This document shows, piece by piece, positions 51,476 to 64,000 of a DNA stretch of 64,000 nucleotides. The stretch is from Mustelus asterias. Its lineage: Eukaryota. Position numbers and translations under genes: made by a program. Numbering within the stretch: the first letter of the stretch is position 1; every line of letters starts with the position of its first letter. Location of the stretch: the NCBI RefSeq assembly GCF_964213995.1, contig NC_135804.1, positions 111,414,001 to 111,478,000 on the forward strand, written 5' to 3'. Under the pieces are notes generated by a model. It ran no database searches. It had not been told where the DNA came from and was given only the letters and a program-made list of their open reading frames with translations.

Positions 51476-52799
51476 GTGAGGCATCAAACAGTTTTATAGG
51501 TGTGAGAATCTCATTATTATCAAGAGGGAAACAGTCTTAAAACTAACTTTTTATTGATTTTTTTCCCCGTAGTTAATAGCAATTGTTAGAATTTCTCCAA
51601 TAATACACAATAGTTTACATCCAACAATATTTGTGTGGCTCTTTCTTGAACTACCCTTTACTTTCCCAATTGTTTCAGCAGTAAACCGTTGATTGTCTGA
51701 AACTTCCATTTGTTGAAGTTCATTAAAAGAATTGTTCTTTAAACCCAGGGATGACTCACCCAGATTGTTCACAAGAATAACTCCTAGAGTAACAGGAATA
51801 AATTAGCTCCAGTGTTAAAAAAAGAAAACAAGCTTCAAGAAAATATTGCCCCATAATTTCTCTCCAATTCTTTTCCCTCCTTCACCAAGACATTTGGCAC
51901 CTTAATTTATCCAGATCAGTCTTTGGCTGAGCAAATGGATACCAAGTGGAGCAACCTACAGAGAAACCACATAAATTTGAGTTGAAAAGTTAGAAAAATA
52001 AATAAACATAATTTCCTAATGTCTCAATGTAGATAATCTACACAGGACTGATCAACCATTTTTAATGTGAATCTGTGAAAAATGTATATTTATAGTTAAC
52101 AAATATGCCTCAAATTTCACTTTTAAACATGTTTATTCTCTTGTTATGAAATAAATGGTTTCTTTTGATGTATTCAGCATGGAATCTAAAAATGTGTGTC
52201 CATATTCTTATTGAATATCCATTGACTCCGTTTCCTGATTTCTCCCTCTCAGTTCCTGCCTATCAACATTGCTGCTTCAGGAGTATTTCTGATCTCTTGA
52301 AAGGAATGCACAGAGGAAGGACTGAGAAAGGGGAATGGGGAAGAGAGTCAAGAAATGAGGTGCAGAATAAATTTGAGTGCCAGCATGAAGTAACAGTGGA
52401 GAAAGGATTAATGAGGAAAAAACTCAATGAATCAATTTAACAAGTAGATTTAAAGCAACAGAGCCAAGATATCCCCACAGTGCCCTACTCTGTCCCTGCA
52501 AGAATGGAAAGAAATTCTTGCAATTTTTGCCGCATCTCCTGCAATTTTTCAATGGCCTTGCTCATGTGTCACATTTTGACACCTGGCTGATTATTCTCTG
52601 AACAATATTTGACAACAAGGTGAGGCTCATTGGGACAAATAAAATCGATAGATTATTTGAATTGACCATCAGATTTAAAAAAGACCCATTAAACGTCAAG
52701 AATTGCAGAGTGCTGTTAGCCCATCAAATCTACAGTCTTCCTTCATCCTGACATCAGAAGGTATTTTTATCCTCCTTTACTTTTCTTTCCTCCTATCAG

Positions 52800-52968
52800 A
52801 CAGTATTTAGAGACAAATGGCATTCTGGACTCAGCCTATCGCCTCCAGAAGCAACCCGATGGCTCAGTGGCTTTGCCTGTGCTTTGCAGTAAACTCAGTC
52901 AGCTCCATCTTCTCAACCTGTGTGATATTGTGGCTCCAGGAAGTACCTGCACTTTCACACAAATGAAG
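52800..52968 (+). CDS. TRMT12: TRMT12 coding exon 2 (QYLETNGILDSAYRLQKQPDGSVALPVL...VAPGSTCTFTQMK)
   Basis: PDGSVALPVL and VAPGS motifs; AG/GT boundaries; 169 nt. Confidence 0.92.
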
Positions 52969-53075
52969 GTAGGATTTCCCTCCCCACTGGCACACCAACA
53001 GTTTAACTATTTGAACTTTCACACAATGCTGGAATAGCAAAGGGTTGGAAAAGCAAGGAACTAGCGTGTCATTGA

Positions 53076-53912
53076 CATAAGAACATAAGAAATAGGAGCA
53101 GGAGTAGGCCATCTGGCCCTTCGAGCCTGCCCTGCCATTCAACAAGATCATGGCTGATCTGAAGCGAATCAGTTCCACTTACCCGCCTGCTCCCCATATC
53201 CCCTAATTCCCTTATCGATCAGAAAACTATCTACCCGTGATTTAAACATATTCAACGAGGAAGCCTCCACCACTTCAATGGGCAGAGAATTCCAGAGATT
53301 CACTACCCTCTGAGAGAAGAAGTTCCCCCTCAACTCTGTTCTGAACCGGCCCCCCCCTTATTTTGAGGCTGTGCCCTCTAGTTCTGGTTTCCCTTCTAAG
53401 TGGAAAGAATCTCTCCACCTCTACCCTATCCAGCCCCTTCATTATCTTATATGTCTCTATAAGATCACCCCTCATCCTTCTAAACTCCAACGAGTACAGA
53501 CCCAATCTGTTTAATCTCTCCCCATAAGCTACACCCCTCATCTCCAGTATCAACCTGGTGAACCTTCTCTGCACTCCCTCCAAGGCCAATATATCCTTTC
53601 GCAAATAAGGGGACCAAAACTGCACACAGTACTCCAGTTGCGGCCTCACCAGTGCCTTGTACAGTTGCAGCAAGACCTCCCTGCTTTTATATTCTATCCC
53701 CCTCGCGATAAAGGCCAACATTCCATTCACCTTCTTGATCACCTGCTGCACCTGCAGACTGAGTTTTTGCGATTCGTGCACAAGGACCCCCAGGTCCCTC
53801 TGCACAGTCGCACGATGTAATTTTTCTCCATTTAAATAATACTCCAATTTACTATTATATCTTCCAAAGTGGATAACCTCACATTTGCTAACGTTATATT
53901 CCATCTGCCAGA
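53076..53912 (-). mobile_element. 5'-truncated CR1 LINE
   Basis: ORF 53275-53952 (WQMEYNV...LVRPQLEYCVQFWSP); tail reading (ACATAAGA)n on the plus strand. Confidence 0.95.
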
Positions 53913-54652
53913 TTGACAGTTTGCTTTGAGAAATAATTTGAGGAAGATACATTTATGAACAGTATACAATAAATGCACTAGCATACACATTGCAGCCCGT
54001 ATATGTACAAAGTTTGCAAAGTAAATCAGTGAAAAGTGGGTGATTTAGTTCCTGCTCATCACTATTGCATCATACATGTAACAGCATTAATTTGATTTGT
54101 TCAGAATAAAAGTATAATGTTTCGGTGAGTTTCAACCATGCAAATATTCTAAGTCTGGAGCTGTTGTTGTAATAGACTGTAGTGGGAAACATCACGTAAC
54201 TTCCCATTAATAAAATTTTGTCCACCTTCCTTGTCACTACATACTCTTACTTCTTTCAGTGACTCATTGAGTAAATGTAGTTTGTCACTAACTCACATGG
54301 ATGAGGTCAGTCTTACTCTGAGTTGTATTATCTGATCACAGTTAGAGTAGTAACTGAGTTCCTGCAATTATTCTCAACAATGATGGGCGAGGAACGTTTT
54401 CAACTCCTGATTTGTACCCACAACGTCTTGCTGGAATTGATCACATATAGGAAAGTCAGATGAGAATATGAATGGGCTCGGCGAATTGTGATGCCCTCAA
54501 TAGTTGAGTATCAGTTGGTATTGTCTACCTGGGCTCACACATGAAAACTTACATTGGACTGTTGCCTAAAATGATGGAATTGTACCCAGATAAGGGTCAC
54601 TGGCTTCCAGAGTAAAGGGGTGAAAACATATCTGACATGATGGTGAGTGTTC

Positions 54653-54887
54653 TTTATTTAATAAAGGTAAAAGTTGCCATAGTCGCAGATGATCACAGGG
54701 GAGAGCTGACTGGTGGTGATGTAACCTGAGGATCACCACACCTCAGACGAGGGGCAACGTTGAGAAGGCGGGGCCTTCACGATTAACCTCAGATGGTACA
54801 GGAATTGAACCAACGCTGTTGGCATCAACCTGTATCATGAACTAGCTGTCCCGCCAACTGAACTAAACTGACCCCCTTTATTTAATA
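54653..54887 (-). mobile_element. tRNA-derived SINE with 11-bp TSD
   Basis: TTTATTTAATA on both flanks; TAGTTCAGTTGG A box and GGTTCAATTCC B box on the minus strand. Confidence 0.7.
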
Positions 54888-55106
54888 GAGCATTAGTTAA
54901 ACAGCAAAACAGCATGAATGAAGGCATGGATGTATGACCGTGGTGATAACCTCTAACCAATTTCCCACTTAGTGGACTGCAGTCAATTCGGTTGCAATAA
55001 ATAACTAACCTCTTTCAGTAATTTCACTTCTATTTTAAATGTATCTCCTATAGTCAATTATTATTGGCAACTGCTTTTCTCTCAATACTGCTTCTTAACC
55101 TTTCAG

Positions 55107-55305
55107 AACCCAATATCATCCAAGAAGTCATCAGTAAAATCATGCCACCAGCAACTACAGGAGGAGCTCTTTGAGTTGGTGAAGCTTAATGGACTGCTGT
55201 GGAATGACCAACTGACTCATGACCTGCCTCAAGTATGGAAGCGGCATGGCGACATGATTGTTCTGAATGAAGGTGCATTCCAGGCAGATATCTGGAAAAC
55301 ATTGG
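55107..55305 (+). CDS. TRMT12: TRMT12 coding exon 3 (NPISSKK...DLPQVWKRHGDMIVLNEGAFQADIWKTL)
   Basis: DLPxxWxRHG motif; tttcag acceptor, G|GTAAGA donor; 199 nt. Confidence 0.93.
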
Positions 55306-55318
55306 GTAAGATTTGAGG

Positions 55319-55436
55319 TAGTCATGATGTGGAGATGCCGGCGTTGGACTGGGGTAAGCACAGTAAGAAGTCTCACAAATTATTTGCTACCAAATAAACC
55401 TGTTGGACTTTAACCTGGTGTTGTGAGACTTCTTAC
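55319..55436. mobile_element. Penelope-like mini fold-back insertion with 12-bp TSD beside a TRMT12 donor
   Basis: Same TCATGATGTGGAGATGCCGGCGTTGGAC end as the 44403 insertion; TAAGATTTGAGG duplicated at 55307 and 55437. Confidence 0.75.
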
Positions 55437-56590
55437 TAAGATTTGAGGCACAGACTGTAGAGAATATTGCAGCATAAATTAACCTCAGTTCCAAGGGTGT
55501 TGCTGTGTTTTTCCTCTGGATTATCTTCTTGCTAACTCGCTATATTTTCCGTCCACCTCAATTTATTCACCTGCCAGGGTCAGCAAAGAGCATCCACCAA
55601 TGCTCAGGGACTGCAGCAGTTCAAGATGGCAGCTTGCCACCACCTTCTCAAGGGCAATTAGGGATGGGTAGTAATGCTGGCTTCGCCAGTGATGCCTACA
55701 TCCCATTAATGAATGTTAAAATGTTGAATTTCCAGGAGGCTGGTTCTCAAGTGAACTTGAAGTTGGAATAGTTTAGGAGGAGATTCCTTCTCCTTATTTC
55801 ATGTTTTACCTTGGCTGCATTGTCTTACAGCTGGTTTGATGGCTTTTCAGATGATGTTTCTGATTTGAACCGCTTTTGCTGTGTTTTTTTTTAAATGTCT
55901 GTTTTAAATCATGTGACTAATTACTGGTTCAAAATCTTTCTTCCAAAAAAGATTAGTGGGTCTTCTTCACGTCCTGTGTTTTAGCCCTTCACACATTGAG
56001 AGCTTTTGAGAAAACCAAGGTTGTCTTAAATAAAGGCAAAATACTGCTTATGCTGCAATCTGAAACAAAAACAGAAAATGCTGGAAAATCTCAGCAGGTC
56101 TGACAGCATCTGTGGAGAGAGAATAGAGCCAACATTTTAAGTCAGGATGACCCTTCATCAGAGCTCGTCTTAATTGAGTGACCCATTTAATTCATATTAC
56201 CCTCTGAATGCCATTCATGATTAGAGAGAGTTGTGATCGCTCTATAGTCTAGGATGACCAATCAGCTACTTTGTCATAGTTTTGTTCTGTTTACAGTTTA
56301 TCCTTGACAAAAAGACTTGAGTTTCACAAGTGGTTGAGATTGTTCATATTTTAATGAGGTATTTGCTTGAGTTTCACTTCTGTCTGGAGTTGATAATGCC
56401 AAAGTCAATGACATGTTGTCAGCCATCGTAAAATTGTTGTACAAATTTTTAAAAAATAGTTTAAAATGTAATATTTTCATGTCTGTACTGGGCATGATAG
56501 ATGTTTAAAAATACTTGTATTGTGTTATTGAGGCCAGAACTTAATCCAGGTGATGGAGGTCTGGCAGAACATAGAAAATAAAATTGGGTA

Positions 56591-56890
56591 AAGTTTAAAG
56601 TTTAGTTTATTTATTAGTATCACAAGTAGGCTTACATTAACACTGCAATGAAGTTACTGTGAAACTCCGGTGCCTGTTCAGGTACACTGAGGGAGAATTT
56701 AGCATGACCAATGCACCTAACCAACGTGTCTTTTGGACTGTGGGAGGAAACCGGAGCACCGGGAGGAAACCCATGCAGACAAGGGGAGAACATACAGATT
56801 CCGCACAGACAGTGACCCAAGCCGGGAATCGAACCCGGGCCCCTGGCGCATTGAGGCATCAGTGCTAACTACTGTGCCAACGTGCCGTCC
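56591..56890 (-). mobile_element. SINE with HE1-like head and core but a different 3' tail
   Basis: HE1-like head at 56800-56890. The tail TTATTTATTAGT.TC.CAAGTAGGCTTACATTAACACTGCAATGAAG also occurs alone at about 23597-23690. Confidence 0.8.
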
Positions 56891-57076
56891 CAAGTCTCCT
56901 TGTACTCTGTCTTTCTCTTTGCTGCAGAATGATCCATCACATGGGGAGGTTGAAAAGAAGGCAAAAATAGTTGAGTAACATGAAAATCACAAACTTAATT
57001 TTATTCATCCTTGATACATAACTAAATTAACTATAAAAATGTCCTGGTTTTATCTTTGTTACTTGTCGTGTTGCAG

Positions 57077-57227
57077 AACCAGAAGTATGGATGGTGGTTG
57101 CTAATGCACTCAGAGTGAAACGTATTGCAAAAGCCGGCAGAGTTTCTGCTGATGGATTTCGTACTCCAAAGGTGACGTTACTGCTGGGGGATGATGCCTG
57201 GGTTCACCACATTGACAATGGCATCAG
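57077..57227 (+). CDS. TRMT12: TRMT12 coding exon 4 (PEVWMVVANALRVKRIAKAGRVSADGFRTPKVTLLLGDDAWVHHIDNGIR)
   Basis: DGxRTPxVTLLLGD and DNGIR motifs; AG acceptor, GTGAG donor; 151 nt. Confidence 0.95.
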
Positions 57228-59298
57228 GTGAGAGCAGAATGAATAGACTTAAATTACAACCCAACTCTCAAAGACCTTAAAAGTTCATTGTATGCACAGA
57301 CTATTGAATGCAAGTGCCTGACTGACAGTGATGATCTTTATGTATGAGTACTAAATTTCTCTCTTCAAAGTAAACAGACATTAGTAATTGTGTTCATCAT
57401 AACATCTTGCACCTCACAGAGACAGGACACAGATTTAAGATGACATTCCTCTGATTTCTATATCACAACTGTGGAGGTGAAAATGGTCTATGCTAGCAGC
57501 ATGGCTCATAGTAAATCGTTGATGAATTTTTCAGCATACCAGTTTCAATATTCATTGATATGGGAGATGTTTGCCAAGAGTTTTAATTTCAAGCCAAGTA
57601 AAAGTGACCATTGGACCAGGAAACGATTTCCAAAAAGAATTTGAACCATCATTATGAACTTCAGTGGAAAGCAGATTGGGTGCAGTGAAAAGTCGACTGC
57701 TGATTGGCTATGTGATGCTGGCATGTTGACCAAATTCATCCCCTGTGTCTTTCAGGGGAGGCTACGAATGGAGGTCAAGAAATTCCTGCACTGGTATATC
57801 CTTAGCCTGAGAGGATTGATCTCCAACAACCAGGGTATTCTTCTTTTGTGCTAGGTGTGACTCAAGCCAGTGGAGAGTTTTCCCCCTACTTCCATTTCAC
57901 TTCAATCTTCCAGGGCTCTTTGATGCAAAACCTTATCAAATGCTGCCTTGATGTCAAGAGCCACCATTCTCACCTCACAGCTGGAATTCAGCTTCTTTGT
58001 CTATGGGTGTACCAAAGTTTTAATTAGGTTTTGATGTTCTTGCTAAACCTAAATTGAGCATCAATGAACAAATGTTGCTTGATGCACTGTGAACAACACC
58101 TTCTATCACTCTGATGAAGATTGAGAGTAGGCTGATGATATGGTAATTGGCTGGTTAGATTTGTCCTGTTTTTTTATGGCAGGTTATATTTTTCACTTTA
58201 TTCGGTGGATGCCAATGCTGCAGCTGTATTGGCTGGAGCACAGTCATTCTGAGCACAAGTTTTCAGCGCTGCAGCCAGAATATTCATTTAGTAGTTTCTT
58301 GATGTCACATGAAGTGAATCTAATTGACTGAATACTGGTATCTGTAATACTGTGGATCTCATGAGGAGACCGGGATGGATCTTCTACTCCATGTTTCTGG
58401 ATGAGGATGGTCACAAATACTTCAACCCTGTCTTTTGCATTGATGTGCTGGGTTCCTCCATCACTGGGGATGAGAATATTAATGGAGCTTTCTCCTCCAA
58501 TTGTTTAATGATCCACCACCATTCGTGACTAAATTAAAAACAGAAAATGCTGAAAATACATAGCAGGATCTATGGAGAGAGAAACAGGGTTAATATTTCA
58601 GCCTGGGTCATCAACCTGAAACATTAGGTGGAATTTTACTGGTTCACCCTGCCCATTGATAGGCGGAGCAAGCCAGTAGATTGCGTGAGAGCCGAGGAAT
58701 CAGAATCGCGCCCAATTGCTCGGCTCGTGTGGTGTTATGGGAGCCGGTTTTCCAGATGTCAGCCTCTCGCCCATTTCTGGTGAAAGGCTGAATAAATAAA
58801 TTATTTAAATTTCTTTCACTGATGATTTACATGGTATTAGCAAGCCCGGTGCTCAAGTGTCCAGGCTTGCTTGCCTTTGCGGCCTCGCCGGGAGAGATTC
58901 TCTCCGGTGGGGAAAAAACCCGCTCCCCATGAACGGGGAACAGTCATATTGGCCTCGCCGGTAGAACTGAAGGCCATTCAAGCCCCCTGGGAAGGCCGAG
59001 GGCAAGGAAGGGTGCCAATTAATATTAACAGACTGCTCAACACCCTATGATGGAGTGAAGAGGTTAAAATCAGTGGATTCCTGGCTGCAGACTTATTACC
59101 CACTTCTGAAACACAGGGGCCTATAAGCTTTATTCTGTTTACCAATTCCCCCATTGCTGTTTCCCCACTCTACCTCTGCAACTTCTTTTAACCTCAGCCT
59201 ACCATCCTATTGTCCTTCAGTTCTGGACACCAGTGCAGCTAACTCCCAATTATTCATCACTTAACAGCAAAGCTGTCCTCTATCTAGATGCCATGTTA

Positions 59299-60209
59299 GA
59301 ACATAAGAACATAAGAAATAGGAGCAGGAGTAGGCCATCTAGCCCCTCGAGCCTGCCCCGCCATTCAATAAGATCATGGCTGATCTGACGTGGATCAGTA
59401 CCACTTACCCGCCTGATCCCCATAACCCTTAATTCCCTTAGTGATCAGGAATCCATCCATCCGCGCTTTAAACATATTCAGCGAGGTAGCCTCCACCACC
59501 TCAGTGGGCAGAGAATTCCAGAGATTCACCACCCTCTGGGAGAAGAAGTTCCTCCTCAACTCTGTCTTAAACCGACCCCCCTTTATTTTGAGGCTGTGTC
59601 CTCTAGTTTTAACTTCCTTACTAAGTGGAAAGAATCTCTCCGCCTCCACCCTATCCAGCCCCCGCATTATCTTATAAGTCTCCATAAGATCCCCCCTCAT
59701 CCTTCTAAACTCCAACGAGTACAAACCCAATCTCCTCAGCCTCTCCTCATAATCCAAACCCCTCATCTCCGGTATCAACCTGGTGAACCTTCTCTGCACT
59801 CCCTCCAATGCCAATATATCCTTCCTCATATAAGGGGACCAATACTGCACACAGTATTCCAGCTGCGGCCTCACCAATGCCCTGTACAGGTGCATCAAGA
59901 CATCCCTGCTTTTATATTCTATCCCCTTCGCAATATAGGCCAACATCCCATTTGCCTTCTTGATCACCTGTTGTACCTGCAGACTGGGCTTTTGCGTCTC
60001 ATGCACAAGGACCCCCAGGTCCCTTTGCACGGTAGCATGTTTTAATTTGTTTCCATTGAGATAGTAATCCCATTTGTTATTATTTCCTCCAAAGTGTATA
60101 ACCTCGCATTTCTCAACGTTATACTCCATTTGCCATATCCTCGCCCACTCACTCAGCCTGTCCAAATCTCTCTGCAGATCTTCTCCGTCCTCCACACGAT
60201 TCACTTTCC
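59299..60209 (-). mobile_element. 5'-truncated CR1 LINE with uninterrupted ORF2 C-terminus
   Basis: ORF 59395-60204; (AACATAAG)n tail. Confidence 0.95.
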
Positions 60210-60604
60210 ACTGGTTCCACTGTTCTGGTACTTCCTCCTAACAATCACCCTTTCTGTGGAGAATCCACAGAAACTAAATGCTAAGGATTAATGGGGTACA
60301 GTGCAAGGCAGGGAAAAATGAAAATCTCTCTCTGAGGTTTTCATTCCAATTGGCAGTGACTAGACAGAAAAAATGGTTTGTTATGATGGTTGAAGGATTA
60401 TGACAGTGGAACTAAAAGGATTAAATTATGAAGAAAGTGTGTATATACTAAGCTTTTATATCCCTGAATATAGTAGGTTACGGGGTGACATAATTGTGGC
60501 TTTTAAAATGATTAATGAAGTTGGATAGAGAAAGGCCATCTCTTCTGTTGGGTCAATCTACAACAAGGGGCACTAACCTTAACATTAGAGCGAGGCAATG
60601 CAAC

Positions 60605-60975
60605 CGATTTGACAGAGATGTTAAAAGCCATGAGGGGGCTGGACAGAGTAGATAGGGAAAAATTGTTTTTGCTCATAAAAGGATCAAGAATGAAATTGCA
60701 CGGATTTAAAGTGATTTGCAAAAGAAGCAACTGTGATACAAGAAAAGATTTTTTCACACAGCAAGTGGTTTGGGTCTTGGATGCACTGCCAGGAAGTGTG
60801 GTAGAGGCATGTTCAATCGAGGCATTCAAGAGGGCATTAGATGTTTATTTAAATAGAAACAATGTGCAGTGGTACAGAGAAAAGGCAAGGGAATGGCATC
60901 AAGTCATAATGCTCATTTGGAGAATCGGTGCAGACATAATGGGCCGAATGGCCTCCTTCTGCACCATAACAATAC
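60605..60975 (+). mobile_element. CR1 3' fragment
   Basis: ORF 60609-60983 (MRGLDRVDREKLF...FFTQQVV). Confidence 0.85.
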
Positions 60976-61228
60976 TGCAATGATGGCTGCCAGTTGGAGT
61001 GATGGCACTGCCTGGAGTCATTTTCTACATTGCTGCAACTTGGTGGCTTTTCCAGGCCAAGTGATTTGGGTGCTGCCTCTGATGTTATATGTGCTTCATG
61101 ATATGTGGGGATACACATTATATTATTTCCTGAAAATAATTCTGCCTCTTAAAGTGATAATTCAAATCACATAAAATTGGTGTAGCTGTACTCCTAATAC
61201 TGTAGCGTGTTTCATGTTCTCTTACCAG

Positions 61229-61338
61229 GTACACATTTGATGTCACCAAATGCATGTTCTCCTCAGGAAATATCACAGAGAAGCTTCGGATCAGTTCTCT
61301 TGACTGCACAGGGGAAGTGGTTGTAGACCTGTATGCAG
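61229..61338 (+). CDS. TRMT12: TRMT12 coding exon 5 (YTFDVTKCMFSSGNITEKLRISSLDCTGEVVVDLYA)
   Basis: Trm5/TYW2-family CMFSxGNITEK motif and start of the SAM-binding motif VDLYAG; 110 nt. Confidence 0.96.
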
Positions 61339-61831
61339 GTAACATTGAGAGTTACTGGCACGGACACATGGGCCAAAAGTACTATACGATCGTATAATAT
61401 CTTACTGCTTGTAAAGAGGGAAGGTATCTTTTTCTGCAATATTACCAGTAATTTGAAGGAAAACAATATTCAGTTTACTAATTCATTTATGCAATTGGCA
61501 TTCACTTGGCAAAATTCTATTTTGCTCTTCAGTTCAAAGTTTAATTAACATTGGTACAAATACAGTTTAAAGTGCCCTTTTAAGCATATTATGTTAATTG
61601 AGCTCTTACGCCATCAATGAATCTTCTTAAGAGTGTCCCTGATGACATTTATTTAAACAAAAGTGTTGGATGTGAACTCCAGGAAATGATAGCCTTAACT
61701 CAAAAGAGGTTTTAGTTGTGTATATATATTATGTGTGCGTATTTCTGATGTTTGGAGCTTATTGTACAAATCCTGCCCTCTCCAGTTTCTCCTTACTATC
61801 ATTAGGTAAGAAATTCATGCAGTTTCACATA

Positions 61832-62175
61832 ATCACAGATCACAGAAACCCTACAGGGCAGAAACAGGCCATTCGGCCCATCGAGTCTGCACCGACCACA
61901 ATCCCACCCAGGCCCTACCCCCATATCCCTACACATTTACCCGCTAATCCCTCTAACCTACACACCTCAGGACACTAAGGGGCAATTTTAGCATGGCCAA
62001 TCAACCTAACCCGCACATCTTTGGACTGTGGGAGGAAACCGGAGCACCCAGAGGACACCCACGCAGACACGAGGAGAATGTGCAAACTCCACACAGACAG
62101 TGACCCAAGCCGGGAATCGAACCCAGGTCCCTGGAACTGTGAAGCAGCAGTGCTAACCACTGTGCTACCGTGCCG
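61832..62175 (-). mobile_element. HE1-type SINE
   Basis: Close reverse-complement match to 23112-23440. Confidence 0.93.
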
Positions 62176-62819
62176 TTCAGACCATTAGAAAAATCAAATT
62201 ATTTGTTTAGTTTCATTTTTCTTTAGTGCTGAAGGTGGGACTGGTCATGATTGGAGAATGGAATATTTGCTGCCTTTCTGTTTCCAGTGCACTAACACAT
62301 GCACATATGCAGTTGTTTTGAAATCTCTGTTTATAACTTTTCAACAGGAGATTCAGTGGCTGGATACAAAACAAGTAGCATATGCCATTACCAATGGCAA
62401 TCTGTCTTGTCTTTGTATTGCCATCCAGATACTACTGCTGACAAGTGCCTGTGTAAACCAGCTCTTTGGTGACTCGACCTCAGAAGAGCAACTTGCCTCA
62501 GCAGTATGGCATTTCTATAGCACCTTTCACAACCTCGGCATTCCAAAATTGCTCTACAGCCATTAGGTACTTTAAAGTGTAGTCATTGAAGTATATTCAG
62601 TCTTGTAATGTGGGACTCTAGATAAGACTATTGCAATTGAAAAGGAACTTTGTGTTATGATAATCAGAAAGGGAAATCATACATGGAATCTACCAATATC
62701 AAAAATATAAGTTATATTAAAGTAACTTCATATTTTGTGAATCATGTATACGAATAATTTTGTCTCATTAATTTAACACAAATGTGGCTGATAATGAAAA
62801 TGTCCCTCTACCTCTGCAG

Positions 62820-62977
62820 GTATCGGTTATTTTACGTTACCATTTTTGATGCATGCGGGTGCAGCATTTGTCCATGCCTGCGAGTGGAACCCACATGCAG
62901 TTGCTGCATTAGTAAAGAATCTGGAATTGAACAAAATGTCACATCGCTGTAGAATTCACAAAAGTGACAACCGGCAG
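62820..62977 (+). CDS. TRMT12: TRMT12 coding exon 6 (GIGYFTLPFLMHAGAAFVHACEWNPHAVAALVKNLELN...SDNRQ)
   Basis: GIGYFTLP and ACEWNP motifs; ctgcag acceptor, CAG|GTACTG donor. Gene continues beyond the window. Confidence 0.96.
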
Positions 62978-64000
62978 GTACTGTCTGACATGCCCACTGT
63001 TTCTCATTGATGGCCTTCAAATCTTACAGGTTTTCCTGTAATTGGGCAGTCACCGCAGGATAAATTTTGAGGAATCATTTACCCCAAGGATAAAGCTAAT
63101 GGATGTCTTTTCCAAAACTGCATCCTAAACCTAGTAGTTTTCAGATGCCTTCTGTCTTTAAAATTTGATGCATAGGTGATGTATATAGACGATTTGACTT
63201 AAGACTGTCAGCTCAGAATGGAAGGTATGCATTTAGATTTAACATGCGAAAGGTGAAATACACTTCCAATAAGTGTAGAACATATATCTAAGAGAACAGG
63301 AGTTCAGTTGCATAAATATCTGGTTGGAAACGGGATTGGTACTTACTGGGTTAATCCAATGCCCCATATGATAGAATGGTTCTGTACCGCGGGGCGGAGG
63401 TGGTAGATGGTGGTAGAAATAGGGATAAAATATTGTCTAACGAACAGTAGGTCAGAGTTTATTACTAGGAGTAAGATAGTGATGTGATATTTTTAACTTT
63501 GCCTTTTGGAGCTCGGAGATAATACATAGACATTCTTTGAGGGGATTTGTTGGGTGTAAGAAGTAAATGATAGGTAGTTTATACATGGTTTATGGAATGA
63601 GTGGACTGGTAGACTCAATTGTATCTTTTGTTTTATGTTTTAAGTTCCTGTCTAAACACTTAAGTGAAACCCAGCTGCAGGGATCCCCAAGTACATCCAT
63701 TCCTAGCTTTGATGTTGATGTGTCTAACCAAATTTCGGACCAGTTGTGAGCTGCAACTTGTGCTTTTGAAACCCATGAGGAATTGCTACAAGTCTGAATT
63801 TAGGGGATAGAGAGGAGGAAAGAGAGATCACCATTGAAGAGATGCAAAGATTATTCCTAACTATCATGGTTAGAATCTCTGTCTCCTTTAACAGTAATTT
63901 CACTGCCCCTTGCTATTACATTCTCTAACAGTTACTTCACACCTGACAGTTGCATCCTTCTTTAAGAGTCACCGCAGCAACACTGAGAATAATACTGTCT

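Overview
This is vertebrate genomic DNA, very probably from a shark (HE1-type and Deu-type SINEs, abundant CR1 LINEs). It holds two head-to-head multi-exon genes sharing a CpG-rich promoter at about 47.4-47.95 kb. CSTF2 (CstF-64) lies on the minus strand: ATG at 47575, 13 exons traced down to position 1, running out of the window. An intron-containing TRMT12 (TYW2) lies on the plus strand: ATG at 51420, 6 coding exons, also running out of the window. Most long ORFs in the track are CR1 reverse-transcriptase relics. The main observations are: (i) a 1.1-kb TIR-bounded Harbinger-like element with a spliced RPL39 cDNA at the centre of an internal inverted repeat, possibly a 'Pack' transposon; (ii) minimal type-I hammerhead ribozyme motifs with compensatory base changes in Penelope-like fragments, one intact and in sense orientation in a CSTF2 intron; (iii) a homolog of the neural betaCstF-64 exon 8.1 that resembles a duplicate of exon 8, followed by a G-U-supported hairpin, with a UCAU cluster before exon 9; (iv) an extra in-frame 138-nt CSTF2 cassette exon after a GC donor; (v) CstF-64 with heptad repeats and almost no MEARA repeats. 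Coordinates were read by eye and repeat boundaries are approximate.
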